DNA of 64,000 bases from Phoronis australis. Taxonomy: Eukaryota; Animalia; Phoronida. Of the stretch, positions 12,601 to 24,074 are shown one piece after another (positions within the stretch are counted from its first letter, which is position 1; the number at the start of each line of letters is the position of its first letter). A program made the position numbers and the translations under genes. The notes under the pieces are model-generated. The model saw only the letters and a program-made list of their open reading frames with translations. It did not search any database and was not told the DNA's origin. The DNA is taken from positions 91,325-155,324 of the forward strand of contig NMRA01000575.1 of NCBI GenBank assembly GCA_002633005.1, written 5' to 3'.

Positions 12601-12951
12601 TTGAGAGAAAGTCCCACGGGATTTCCATTTACCTGATAAATCATAAGAACGATGGAAATGCCGACGCACAAATTTGCACCAACGGCTTCATTTTTGATCT
12701 GAAATTCCGCAACTTTGCGTTTATGCGGTATTAGATGCTGTATTCAAAATTGTGAAAATTTCATAAAAACGACTCCATTTATTAAAACCTTAATATTATC
12801 ACACAAATACTGTCAGCAATACTTTAGAATTATACACTAATCACCCGATAATTTTCATGAATGCTACCTTAAGGAATTCCTTGATGTTTTCTGCAGTTGA
12901 TTCATTGACCCCGTGTCCACGTCCACAAACGTCGTAAGCGGTTTCTCCAGC
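526..12951 (-). CDS. Spliced gene model (partial): ankyrin repeat - ZU5/UPA-like - death effector domain protein; exons 12951-12868, 11912-11870, 9507-8663, 5124-5082, 4010-3899, 698-526; continues beyond left edge, 5' end not found
   Basis: All six exons have AG/GT boundaries and their phases chain without a stop (0-0, 0-1, 1-0, 0-1, 1-2, 2-1). Domain motifs recognised by eye. Confidence 0.75.
1141..1270. repeat. 38-bp minisatellite, about 3.5 copies (tgtctaaggtggacaattctctatactcgaaaacatga)
   Basis: tgtctaaggtgg recurs at 38-nt spacing. Confidence 0.8.
3899..4010 (-). CDS. DED exon, N-terminal half (ERRVTGKLHQQLLHEVAERVIGRDFERLKGLCEDWIK)
   Basis: Acceptor ttattctcag, donor gtaag, 112 nt phase 1-2. 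LL.EV.E....DF..LK.LC.D.I is the typical DED helix 1-2 signature. Splices in frame to 698-526. Confidence 0.8.
4480..4567. mobile_element. 88-bp insertion flanked by 13-bp target-site duplication GGTTGTTTGAAAT (probable 5'-truncated retroposon)
   Basis: Direct repeats at 4467-4479 and 4568-4580, AT-rich tail at the left end. The paralogous segment near 11521-11535 has a single copy (empty site). Confidence 0.65.
5082..5124 (-). CDS. 43-nt linker exon B (EESAISAQRKKTSN)
   Basis: Acceptor ttttgtttcag, donor gtaag, phase 0-1. Bridges the ZU5 exon (ends phase 0) and the DED exon (starts phase 1). Confidence 0.7.
7757..7998. other. Assembly gap (N run)
   Basis: Direct reading. Confidence 1.
8663..9507 (-). 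CDS. 845-nt exon encoding a ZU5 domain followed by a UPA-like beta region
   Basis: Core of ORF 8627-9607. IDGADGGVFGYKGVQLRVPPNAI and SQRICVTCTDGDLTFSEPVEV match ZU5 (GG.L...GV.L.IPPGA; SP.V.C.P.GL.F..PV.L). Acceptor ttcctatag, donor CAT|gtaagt, phase 1-0. Confidence 0.8.
10023..10360. repeat. 27-bp minisatellite, about 12 copies (atacagggtggtcctactgatctcacg)
   Basis: 9-aa periodicity IQGGPTDLT in the ORF track. The last units alternate between two variants. Confidence 0.95.
10420..11285. other. Assembly gap (N run)
   Basis: Direct reading. Confidence 1.
11286..12117. repeat. Intragenic segmental duplication, copy 2 (paralogous to about 4247-5305), includes linker exon A
   Basis: Collinear similarity to copy 1. 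Left end hidden by the N gap. Confidence 0.85.
11870..11912 (-). CDS. 43-nt linker exon A (EKLFGRAESAAPPT)
   Basis: Acceptor tttcgtttcag, donor gtaag, phase 0-1. Same length, phase and intron flank as exon 5124-5082. Confidence 0.7.
12868..12951 (-). CDS. Terminal ankyrin-repeat exon (AGETAYDVCGRGHGVNESTAENIKEFLK)
   Basis: Acceptor gttgttgcag, donor AAG|gtagc, 84 nt phase 0-0. G.TA.D.......I.EFL is typical of the last ankyrin repeat. Confidence 0.65.
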
Positions 12952-13264
12952 CTGCAACAACATGTTTGAATGGAAGACGAATATTACGTAAAATTACAAG
13001 ACCCGAGAATTGATCTTAAGTAGACATGAACCTACTGCTACTTTCTGCTCTTTCTGAAATTATTGGCAGCAGAAATTGACGTTTAAATACTTCGTCAACC
13101 GCCGATGTAGTGCTAAAATGACCACTACACTTTGAATTAATAAATGTCAATAGTTTATGCCAAATACCGATTCTTTCAAAACTGACTGTTGCTTATTTTC
13201 ATCAGCACTTTTGTTGTGGTCATTAGATACTTGAGAGGAAGCAGAATCGTTGACATGTAAGCAA

Positions 13265-13480
13265 ACACGTGGTGATGCTGGGTTATACCAAGCAGTGCTG
13301 AGTGCTGTACTAGATACAGTGTACACTGGGGATGCTGGGTTATACGAAGGAGTGATGTAGAACATACAGTGTACACTGGAGATGCTGGGTTACACCAACG
13401 AGTGCTGCAGAACATACAATGTACACGTGGTTATGCTCGGTTACACGAAGGAGTGGTGTAGAAAACACAGCTAGTGTACA
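13265..13480. repeat. About 50-bp tandem repeat, 4 copies (acactggggatgctgggttatacgaaggagtgatgtagaacatacagtgt)
   Basis: gatgctgggtta(t/c)ac and variants recur at 50-58 nt spacing. Confidence 0.85.
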
Positions 13481-14763
13481 TTGGTATAACCAGTTGGTTG
13501 GAGATCAAACACGACGGCCTGACCGCCCCAGAGACTGGCTTTGAACGTGTAGACACTGATGTGTATTTGAGCACCAGCCAATCCATTTTAGGTCAGGCCA
13601 ATCCGCTCTTAGGTGTAGCCATCTAGTATAGGAGTCCCACAAGTTGGAGCACCGGTCACTGGGTTTTCCAATCCAACAGGTGGTTTGGAAGATAGATCAA
13701 TCGTTGATTTCCGCTCGTTATTTCATACGACAGCGCCACTCGTTTTACGGCCCACGAGCAAAACTCAAAGTAGGTTTCACGTTAGTTATTCCATCATGAT
13801 AATACGCTCACAAACACCTTTTCGAGCAACGTGTTAAGTCATTTATGGACTGTTGATATTTTTGGTGTTCCACAGTAATTTTATGTGGTAACCTGAGACT
13901 AGACTATTTTTTCTGAGTTACAAAACAATATGTGATATCACTGGTTCACATTTTGATCACGTGATTAGTATAATGTTGGGATTGTTTTCTTTCACAGAGG
14001 TAATTCCTAATAACAGGACCACCCACATTGTTCCAGCATGATATGTAGGCTTGGTTGATGTTACGTGAAACAAAGGCACAGAGAGCTTACTTGTTATGAA
14101 CTAATCTGAAGAAGTACATTGTAATGCATTAAAAATGGAATTGCCAATAAAAGAAAAAATCATTAGGACAGCAGTATGAACGGAAGTGTCGAAAATGAAA
14201 AATAAAACATGACATATTCCTGACTCAAGATAGGACAAACGTTGTACCACAATCGTCATTATTAAAAACAGTGGGAAGACAAGCAAATCATTTTACAAAA
14301 GTCGGACATTATTCAGACTTTGTGTTCACAGCCCATCTGGCAATGAGATCATTTTCTCTGACATTTCTCAATTAGTGATTTTACAGACTCTTCGTCTTCT
14401 GGATTTTGGTAGGTGCGCCTTAAACCACTGAACGGTGTGAAATTTGACCCACCATTCCAAGTTGTTTTTAATATGGTAGACCGGTTTCACGCCGGTTCAA
14501 CTTCGGAATTTAAGAGGACACTTCAGTGGCTCTTTAATTGGATTGCAATGGTGCGATAACAATATTGTGTTATGGCATGACTCGGAAATATTCAGTAATT
14601 TACTGGTGAGAAAGTTCTGAGAGAGTTGTATTAACACCGCAGTCAGAATCGATGTTTTCAATGAAATTAAGCCTTCCACTCTAATAAGAATTTCATAATA
14701 ATCCTTTCTGCGATATGATTCTATTTCAGTCAACAACAATGACATCTAAATCATCAGTCTCTG

Positions 14764-14985
14764 GAGTTGACCATACCGTAAATTGTGCATTCTAAAGTAG
14801 CGCAAGACAGTGTACTCATCGCCTTCCACTCGAGTTGACCATACCATAAGTTGTGCACTCGAAAGTAGTACAAGTATACTCATTGCCTTCAACTCGAGTT
14901 TGTCATCCCATAAGTTGCGCATTTGAAAGTAGCGCTAGTGTACTCATTGCCTTCAACTCGAGTTGTTCATCTCATAAGTTGCGAC
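14764..14985. repeat. About 64-bp tandem repeat, about 3.4 copies (gagttgaccataccataagttgtgcactcgaaagtag...actcattgccttcaactc)
   Basis: Recurring gagttg...taagttg.gca...aaagtag...tactcat.gcctt.actc unit. Confidence 0.85.
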
Positions 14986-17906
14986 TTCACGCCAATAATG
15001 CCCACCAACTTGAACTTCGTTTTAAGCCAGATAAACAGGGTGAAAGATTTGAGTGCATCTGTACTTAGAGATTAGACCCCGTGGGCCAGAGTGCAAGACA
15101 TGAGGTAAGAATTTTTTAAATTTTATTTTAAAAAATTATTAAAGAATTTCAAGAACCTAGAAGATCAACTTCAAAATCTACTGTTTCCATTGATTTAAAG
15201 TACCAAGCGAACCAGAGGTTTCAGGTGATATTTCTAGGTTTCAGGGGATATTTCTAAACATCTCATTACCTTTCTTGCATACTTCACGTTTTATTCAAAT
15301 TTTCAAAGTAACTAAATATTTGTGTTCGAAGTGAAAACTGGATGCCAAATACTGCCAAGCAGGATTTTGTAAGGCTGTGGCCACTTTTGGACATAACACG
15401 GTTGAGAAGAAATTTGGGGAAGACCAACATGCCGTAAGCGTTTTGACTGCGACATAACTCGACGCACCATTTGTCAGTGCCCAAGTCCCCTACGCATGAA
15501 GTACGAGAGACTTGATATATTAGATAGTACAAAGCAGTGACTATAATTACGAGGTGGAAAAGATTGCAGTGCCATTACAGTCTAGCTCCAGTGTACTATC
15601 ATCTGGACCGCAATTGGGAACTAGAAATCACCAAATTTGGAGAAAGTCCAAGCACCAATTCGCAATGTTTCATGCAAGTTGACAAAACGCTTGCGTGTCT
15701 GGCACAGGGGGTTAGTGGGTCCTGCGCGTTTCGTTGATTTGCGCTATATGCGGACGACGTAAGGATTATAATGACGTGTATGCAAGTTAAAAATGTTTCA
15801 GGTTTGCAAATGAGTCTCCAATTTATAAGTAATTAGAAATAGTCATTCGTGAATCGTAGACTTTCGTCGATATTTTCAAATGTGCAAACATACAAACCAA
15901 TAGCAACGAATCATTCCCATGTTGCTTCAATTCACACACAGTTATCAAATTAAATGAAACTACAACTCTCCATTTTTCTACACGTTTAGTTGCAAGGTTT
16001 TCGTTGAAGTCTGCATTTTTCAGCAAGGACCTCTTCGGCAATTCATCTAGGTATGAGTTCAAGTTTGTCTAGCAGTTTGTAAGTAAAAGTTGTAGGAAAT
16101 GGAAGTTCACAAAGCTCAGATTTTGGGGACCCTTAATTTTTAAAATTTAGGTGAGAAAGGTTTTTCTGAGATCAACCTCAGTGTGGAACCAACATTCAAC
16201 ACCCGCAATGGCAATCTTACGCCCCGTTAGCGCAGTTTCTCCGCTTCGCACTTTACACCTAACTTAACGATTGCCGTTCATATATGTGCGCGTCCAAAAA
16301 CAGGCCAAAACACCTGTACACGCTGAATGATGCTGTTGTCCAAATGAAATAATTCTGTTCAAATGCTTTGCACGTACAGTGTAGACGCGTGTGTTTCAAT
16401 TCACTTGTTGGTCCAGGTGCCTTTCGTAAACGGGATGTTTTTATTTTATTTTTTCATCAAGTGTCTGTACTTTTCATTTGACTAAATGTACGTCAATGTT
16501 TGCCATTTTGCATCGCATAAACACAATCAAGGCGCAGTGCCTATATACGCGCACACGCAGCAAGAGAACGATAAAGATGATTGGCTGCATTTATGGTACT
16601 TGGGCAGATGCAGTGTCCTGTTAATGAGCAAAAGTGAGAGTGTAGTTCGTGCTTATATCAACGACAATCAGGGGTTGACAGGGGTATTTTCTTGAGTGCA
16701 AGCCGGACGTCAGCGTAAAAGCTCGACTAAGTTTAACTTTTTGTCAAGTTGCAAAAGTTTTTGATTTAACGACAAGCTGAAACATGTACAGCTACATTGG
16801 GAAGATGGGATTTTCAGCAATACAGTCAAATCTTGAGACATTTGAGTGTGTTAACATATAATCACACCACCTTAAAATCCACTGAAATGTCTGTTGACAT
16901 AGTCGGTACATGTTTTCCGTGGGGGCCAGTCGCGAACATTTATCGGTAAAAGGGACAATAGCTCATTTGAAGAGAACATCAGAATCAAAGGATAAAGCAA
17001 CTATAGTTGAATTTTCAATTTTGAGGCCAAGAACCGATGACTTTTTATTTTGTATTATTGACAACAGGGACAACACCACACTTTTCAACTGACCGATAAT
17101 TCACCAGACTGCAAGCTGCTTCTTGCAGTACGGTGTCGCCACCCTTTGAGAAGTTTAAAAAGCCTCTTCAACAAATTTGAATTGCCGTCGTTTTAATAAA
17201 GAGTGGTGTAGCATTTATCAAACTAAAAAGAACATCAGGGGAAAATCTTACTCCAATATTTTTATATAGGATCTTGTCTTATGCTTCATTCATACAGTAA
17301 ATTAAGTCGTATTTCTTTGTATGTGCGCATACTTTTGCGTACTTTTGTAAATTTTAATTCTACTCAATTCACTGTATCAAAATTATCCACTGCCAGACAA
17401 TTTCAGTGGCGGGGTACCCCTGCAAGATTAAGAATACCGGGATCTCAAAATAGACCTACTGTAGATCAGCCCGAGAGGTAACTGCATGATACTTGCTACA
17501 AATTAATCAGGGTAGACCAATGAATCACGAATGAGCACTGCCAGACAAACTGAGTGGCGGAGTTAACTCAGTATTTTGATTTGCAATTTACACATCTCTC
17601 ATAAATTACGGTCACAGACAACTAGGAGAACCAGTCAAGATAAAGGGCACCAATTTCTATCAACACTTCCCCGACAATGATGGATGTATTTCTTCTCATG
17701 ACACTCCCAAGTAATTAATGCCTCGGCTGATCAAGACTGTTTCACCAGATGTATATCATATTTAAAAGTAAACCCAACTTCACCGACACATGTAGAGACT
17801 CGCACACAAAACTATGTTTAGTTAAAACAACGAGGCACAAATAACAGCAGGCATTTGGTAACATAAAGGTTACTCTTTTTAGAGAGTTTCGGTCAATTTT
17901 AAGGTT

Positions 17907-18075
17907 TGTTGATGCACTATTTGAACGCTGTATTTCCAAAGACTTATTATTCGTTATATTTGTTTCAGTGAAACCGGCCTTGTCGGACAGTAAGCATAAC
18001 GTCAACCTTGTTCAGAATAAACGTACATGTATCATATTCGACTATCCCGTGTGTTCAATGCCCATGGCTCCTACA
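17907..18075 (+). repeat. 5' LTR (169 bp, internally deleted by about 280 bp relative to the 3' LTR)
   Basis: Starts tgttgatgcactattt, jumps to gaacgctgtatttcc (3' LTR position about 24373), ends ggctcctaca. Confidence 0.9.
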
Positions 18076-18086
18076 TATTGTTTCAA

Positions 18087-20921
18087 ATGGCTGCTCAAGA
18101 GACTACCAAGAGTTTGGATATGAATCCAGGAACAGTGAACGAGTTACACAATGCCCCTATCAACATCGATACCGTGAATAGGGAGCCAACCGAGCGTGAC
18201 CTAAGAGCCACCCAACGAGCGAGGAAAGCTGAACTGCGAATTAAGCAAGACATTCTGAAACGACAGCAAGAGTTGGTTTTAGAAGAACTACGTTTGGATG
18301 CGGAACGACGCAAGGAGGACAGTATGAGTTTCAAGCGTCAGGAACTTGAGATCCACGCTGAGTTGGCTGAGTTGGAAGCCGGGTTCGATGACGTTAGTGA
18401 GCAGCATAACCCCTCTCGCAACCCTCACAGTTCGTCACTCAATGTATCCGCATCAGATTTTGTGCCCGTATCTTCGTTATGTAATCCAGTGACTGTGACT
18501 ATGTCGACACCTGCTGTGTCTGCAGTGCCTAGGTTTGCACCCTGTGTACCTTGTGATCCAGTGACTATGTGGCAGGCTGCATCCGCTGCTCCCACACTAG
18601 CGCCACCTGTTATGAACTGTCATTACTATCCACCGGCTACATCGTCCCCGCCCGCATTGGCGACACCTGCTGTTAGCACTTGTTACTGTCCTCCGGCTGT
18701 ATCCGTCGCTCCCGCATTAGCGCCACCTTCTATGAACTCTCGCTATTTTAGGTCAAGCGCTGAGAACGTTTCGGGTATTTTGGACTTCGTTGCTAGAAGG
18801 TCCTTGGCTACACCTGGGATAAAGAAATTCAACGGGGATGCAGACCAGTACCGTCAGTTCATCAAGGCGTTTGAAGTTCGCGTAGAAAGCAAGCTGGATT
18901 CCGAGATTGATAAATTTTATTATCTAGAGCAGTATACCTCAGGAGATGCGAATGAGCTTGTGCGAAGCTGTTTACATATGCCAACGGACAATGGGTATTC
19001 CGAAGCCAAACGGCTCTTAGAGCAACAATATGGCAATAGTTTGGTTGTGGCAACAGCATACGTTCAAAAACTTTTGGACTTTCCTCGGATCCCAAGAGAA
19101 GATTCTGTGCCGATTTCCCGTTTTTCAATTGCTCTAAAGACTGCTTATAACGCCTTGAAACACATTAATCAGTTAATCCAACTTGACCATCCCAAAAATC
19201 TTCAACAACTCATGTCAAAACTGCCTGCGCCTATGCAAAATAGATGGCGGCGCGAGGCCAGTAAGATTCGCGGCAGATTTACTCGTGACGTGACATTCGA
19301 AGATTTTGTGAACTTTGTTTGTGATGAGTGCTTCATCTTTTCTGACCCAGTATTCGGTAAGCGACCAACTGGTAAATTAGAGGTGAACACTACCCAGCAT
19401 CAAACTGTCTCTTGCATCTACTGTAACGGCAACCATCGCGTAGATGTTTGTAACGCTTTGTGTGCGAAACCTTACGAGGAAAGACGACAATTTGTGATTG
19501 AACGGAAATTATGTTTCGGATGTTTAAAACCCGGATATTCTTCGAAAAATTGTAGATCCAAAGGACAATGCAAAAAATGCAACAAACGACACCCAACCAT
19601 TATGCACATCGACGGGTTTGAAGTTCCCAAGCGGCAACCCGCAGCAGCCAAACAGAACAAGCGACAAGATGATACCCAACAAGAACGCCGAGATGCGACC
19701 ACGAACACAGAATTACATGTAAGTGATCGTGGTGGTGATCGCAGGGGTACATTCGCCACTACGTCACACAACACTACAGTTATGATGCCGATCATACCCG
19801 TGCGCATCAAGAAGGTGGATTCTGAAGATAGTATCATCACCTATGCCTTCCTTGACAATGGTTCATCAGGCTGTTTTGCAACAAATGATCTGTTAAATCA
19901 ATTGAATGTGAATGGCGTGCCGAGCAGGCTTCAGCTCACAACCATGCACGGACAATCAGAGGTTGAAACGAAGGCAGTCACTGGACTGCACATAGAGGAT
20001 CTGAATGGCCGGAACGTCATAAACCTCCCTGTTGTATACGCCCGCGACGAAATTCCTGTATCTAGAGAAGGAATCCCCACCGCTCACGACGTGGTCAAGT
20101 GGTCTTATTTAAGTCATGTAGACATTCCAGATGAACACTCCGATGTTGACATCGGCCTTCTTATCGGCAGTAACTGCGCCAAGGCGACTGAACCACTACA
20201 GGTTGTGCCTGGCAGAGACGGTGGTCCCTACGCCGTGTTGACTCGACTCGGATGGTTGATCATCGGCCCCGTTTCCATAGCACTGCAGAACTTGTCAACG
20301 CGTGTTATTTCGTGCAACTATGTGTTTATGACGGAAAACCCAACCACAGAAATGACTAGACAACTGTCAATATACGACCAAATGAAGGATGTCAGTCAAA
20401 GCCAGCTCCTTCAGAAATTATTCGAATACGACTTTTGCGAATATGCTGCTAACGAGAAGGACGACGCCGTCTACTCCCAAGACGACAGACGATTCCTACA
20501 TGTTGTGAACCGAGGCGTTCAGCACGCAGATGGTCACTACATAGTTCCATTGCCCTTTCGAGAGGGAAGTGATACGTTCCCGAACAACCGAGAGATAGCC
20601 CAATCGAGAGCAAGAGGTCTTAAAAGAAAATTGTTGAGCAACTCTACCTATCGACATGATTACGAAACCATCATGAACGACATTCTGAGCAAAGGTTTTG
20701 CTCGTAAAGTAGCACCCGGCCAGAAACCTGTGGAAGGCAAAGTGTGGTACATCCCGCACCACGGTGTTTACAACTCAAATAAACCAGACAAAGTAAGGGT
20801 TGTGTTCGACTGCAGCGCCAAATGCCAGGGGAAAGCTTTAAACGACTGCCTTCTATCTGGGCCGAATTTAACCAATTCTATTGTTGTTGTGCTTACCAGG
20901 TTCCGGAAGAGAGAGTCGTAG
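18087..20921 (+). pseudogene. BEL/Pao gag-protease-RT N-terminal segment, ending at a frameshift
   Basis: Coiled-coil N-terminus, DUF1759-like KFNGD...F...F region, zinc knuckles CIYCNGNH/CFGC/CKKCNKRHPT, protease YAFLDNGS and LLIG, RT start WYIPHHGV. Confidence 0.92.
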
Positions 20922-22267
20922 TCATGATGGACGTAGAGGCTATGTTTCATCAAGTGCGTGTACCGCCACACGACTGGGACTATTTTCGCTTTCTTTGGTG
21001 GCCAGGTGGTAATTACAGCGCTGAGCCAGAAGATTTCCAGATGGTTGTCCACCTCTTTGGCGCATCGTCATCGCCCAGTTGTGCTAATTTTGCGCGGCGC
21101 AAAACAGCAGATGATTTTGCGTACGACGATCCAGTGGTTTACAACACTATTAAGCGCAATTTTTATGTAGACGACTGCCTACGGTCTGTTGAGACAACTG
21201 AAGAAGCTGTTCGCCTTGTTCGCAAATTAAGAGACGTCTGTGCCAATGGTGGTTTCAACCTGACGAAGGTGTTGAGTAATCGCCGAAACGTTATTGATAG
21301 TGTTAAAACCCTAGATTTGGCCATTGACGATTTGCCAGCCAGTCGTGCCTTGGTTGTGATATGGTCCGTTGAGAAAGACGTGTTTACTTTCAAGACTCGT
21401 CTGAAAGACTACTCCTTCACCAGACGCGGTATTTTGTCTATGGTATCGTCATTTTACGACCCCCTTGGTTTCGCCGCACCGGCAGTGCTTCCGGCCAGAC
21501 GTTATCTTCAACAGCTTTGCTGCAGCGCAGTTGGATGGGATGACGAAATTCCGAGCGACTTCCGATCGAAGTTCATCGAATGGCAACGACAGATTTCCAT
21601 GCTTGAATCATTTGTTGTCGGCCGCTGCCTCAAGCCTGTTGATTTCGGGGATGTGAAACTTCGACAACTGGACTGTTTCGCTGATGCCAGCTCTTATGCA
21701 TACGGCTGTGTGATCTACTTGCGACAGGTCGATGACTCAGAACGTATACATTGTTCTTTCCTGATGGCGAAGTCAAGACTAGCACCGCTTAAGCCCATCA
21801 CCGTTCCCAGGCTGGAGCTTACCGCAGTTGCCGCAGGTATTGGCAGAATGATGGAAAATGAGTTAGAGTTTCCTGTTGACGATGTCATATTTTGGACCGA
21901 CAGCATGACAGTGTTGCGCTACATTAACAACGATGCCAGGCAATTCAAAGTGTTCGTAGCCATCAGAATCAGCCAGATTCGTGACAAGTCGCTCCCCAGT
22001 CACTGGCGACACGTGAAAACAACCGAAAACCCAGCAGACGTAGCATCACGGGGTACAAGGGCTGAGAACCTGCTGATCAACACGTGGTGGTTGAACGGAC
22101 CCGAATTCTTGTGGAAGACGGAAGCCAACTGGCCAACGCAGGCCATCGTCACAAGTTTCCCCGATACTGACCCTGAAGTCAAAGTCGACTCATACGGTAT
22201 GTGCACTGACTCCCCTGGAGATCTGCTAACTGTTTTAATCAAAATTACTCAAGCTGGTATAAGCTGA
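20905..22267 (+). pseudogene. BEL/Pao RT core and RNase H (Peptidase_A17-type) segment
   Basis: DVEAMFHQV, FGASSSP, YVDDCL, FADASSYAYG, WTDS, NPADVASRG. Bounded by frameshifts near 20910 and 22245. Confidence 0.92.
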
Positions 22268-22287
22268 CACGCGGATGTGCGTGGTTA

Positions 22288-24005
22288 TTGCACTTCAAGG
22301 ATTTATTGCGTAGGTGGGCTGCAGATAGAAAGGTTGTCGAGGCCGAAATTGCCACGAATGTACATGATCCCCCAAAGATTGCACGTTTTGTTGACAGCCG
22401 AATGGCTCGCAAGAAGAAGTTTGATTGCCAGAACGCTCAACTGACTGTTGAACGTCTTAACGTTGCAAAAAACGTGATCATCAAAAGTGTTCAGCGACAG
22501 GAATTTTCATCAGATATTTCAGCAATAAAGAACTGTGGCAAACTTTCAAGAGCAAGCCCTATCGTATCCCTCAATCCTGTGCTTGATGTTGACGGCGTTC
22601 TGGTTGTTGGAGGGAGGTTGAAGTGTGCTGAGATACCATTTACGGAACGTCACCCAATAATTATCCCTAAGAATAGTCACCTAAGTGACTTGATTATACG
22701 CGATGCACACGAGAAGTTGAGACATGCAGGAAGAAACCATACCCTAGCGAAAATACGCGAAACTTACTGGGTTATCCATGCCAACTCAAATGTGCGACGA
22801 ATTTTGCGACAGTGTGTTACATGCAAACGCCTACAGGCTCCAACTTCGTGCCAGAAAATGTCCGACTTGCCTGCAGATAGAGTCTCTTATGACGTCCCCT
22901 TTGCTCGTTCGGGCGTTGATTATTTGGGATCGTTTGTGGTGAAAGAAGGACGACGAGAATGCAAGCGATATGCAGTTGTCTTCACTTGTCTTAGTATGCC
23001 AGCTGTTCACGTAGAATGTTCAAGAAACCTCGATGTGAGCTCCTTTATAGATTCTCTCCGTCGGTTTATGGCTCGGAGAGGTGAAGTGAAGGAAATCCGC
23101 AGCGATAATGCAACGAATTTTCGCGGAGCTGACCGTGAATTGAGGCTGGAGATTTCAAGATGGAACCANGAGAATGCAAGCGATATGCAGTTGTCTTCAC
23201 TTGTCTTAGTATGCGAGCTGTTCACGTAGAAATCTCAAGAAACCTTGATGTGAGCTCCTTTATAAATTCTCTCCGTCGGTTTATGGCTCGGAGAGGTGAC
23301 GTGAAAGAAATCCGCAGCGATAATGCAACGAATTTTCGCGGAGCTGACCGTGAATTGAGGCTGGAGATTTCAAGATGGAACCAGCAACAGATCAATGATG
23401 AATTGTTGAGCCGTGAGGTGAAATGGAAATTTAATCCACCGACTGGAAGCCACCATGGAGGCGTGTGGGAACGTCAAGTTTGCAGTATCAAGAAGATACT
23501 TAATGGTCTTTTAAGGTCACATGGGAGAAATCTCAACGACGATGCTTTCCATACTTTCATTTGTGAGGTCGAATCCATCATCAACAGCCGGCCGCTGACG
23601 ACTGTTACCGACGATCCAAATGACGTCAACGCGTTGACACCGAACCGCATTCTTACACTACGCTCGCAATGGATGGTGCCGCCAGGACAATTCGAGGAAA
23701 GTGATCTTACTTGTCGCAAAATGTGGAAGCGTGTACAGTATCTGGCCAACTGCTTTTGGGATCGATGGCGAAAGGAATATTTAGTCACTCTACAAGAACG
23801 CTCAAAGTGGAAACGTGCTCACAGAAATTTATCGGCCAACGACGTTGTGCTAATTGTTGACGATGACGTTCCCCTGAATTCTTGGAAGATGGCACGTGTT
23901 GTGGAGCTGATTCCTGGCAGTGATGGACATGTTAGAGTTGTTAAAGTTAGAACTCAGTTTACGTCTCTCATTAGACCCATAACTAAGCTTGTCTTACTTT
24001 TGTAA
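22288..24005 (+). pseudogene. BEL/Pao integrase (HHCC zinc finger, DDE core, C-terminal DUF5641-like), with a 214-bp duplication across the N at 23169
   Basis: HEKLRHAG...CVTC, GVDYLG, SDNATNF, HHGGVWER, NSRPL, FWDRWRKEYL. Confidence 0.92.
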
Positions 24006-24074
24006 GATGTTTGATTTCTGATTTATTGATTCAGTTACTTTATGTGTAAACTTTGTAGTTTACAAGGGGGAGTT

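Noticed and set aside
12633-12698. 66-nt phase 0-0 candidate exon (IKNEAVGANLCVGISIVLMIYQ) between the ankyrin and linker exons
   Set aside because: Splice dinucleotides fit but the pyrimidine tract is weak and no domain supports it. Left out pending RNA evidence.
15532-16246. Possible old TIR element (acgaggtggaaagattgc / gcaatcttacgccccgt)
   Set aside because: Inverted match too degenerate and no TSD to support boundaries.
18027-18086. ORF-track start of gag at 18027
   Set aside because: This ATG lies inside the LTR and is created by the TACATGTA insertion. 18087 is the plausible start.
20900-20925. Programmed frameshift between the two long retroelement ORFs
   Set aside because: The break falls inside RT, BEL/Pao normally has one ORF, and a second break occurs near 22245. 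Decay or sequencing error is more likely.
22955-23383. 214-bp tandem duplication in the integrase
   Set aside because: Copies abut a single N and differ at about 8 sites, typical of an unmerged contig or haplotype overlap rather than biology.
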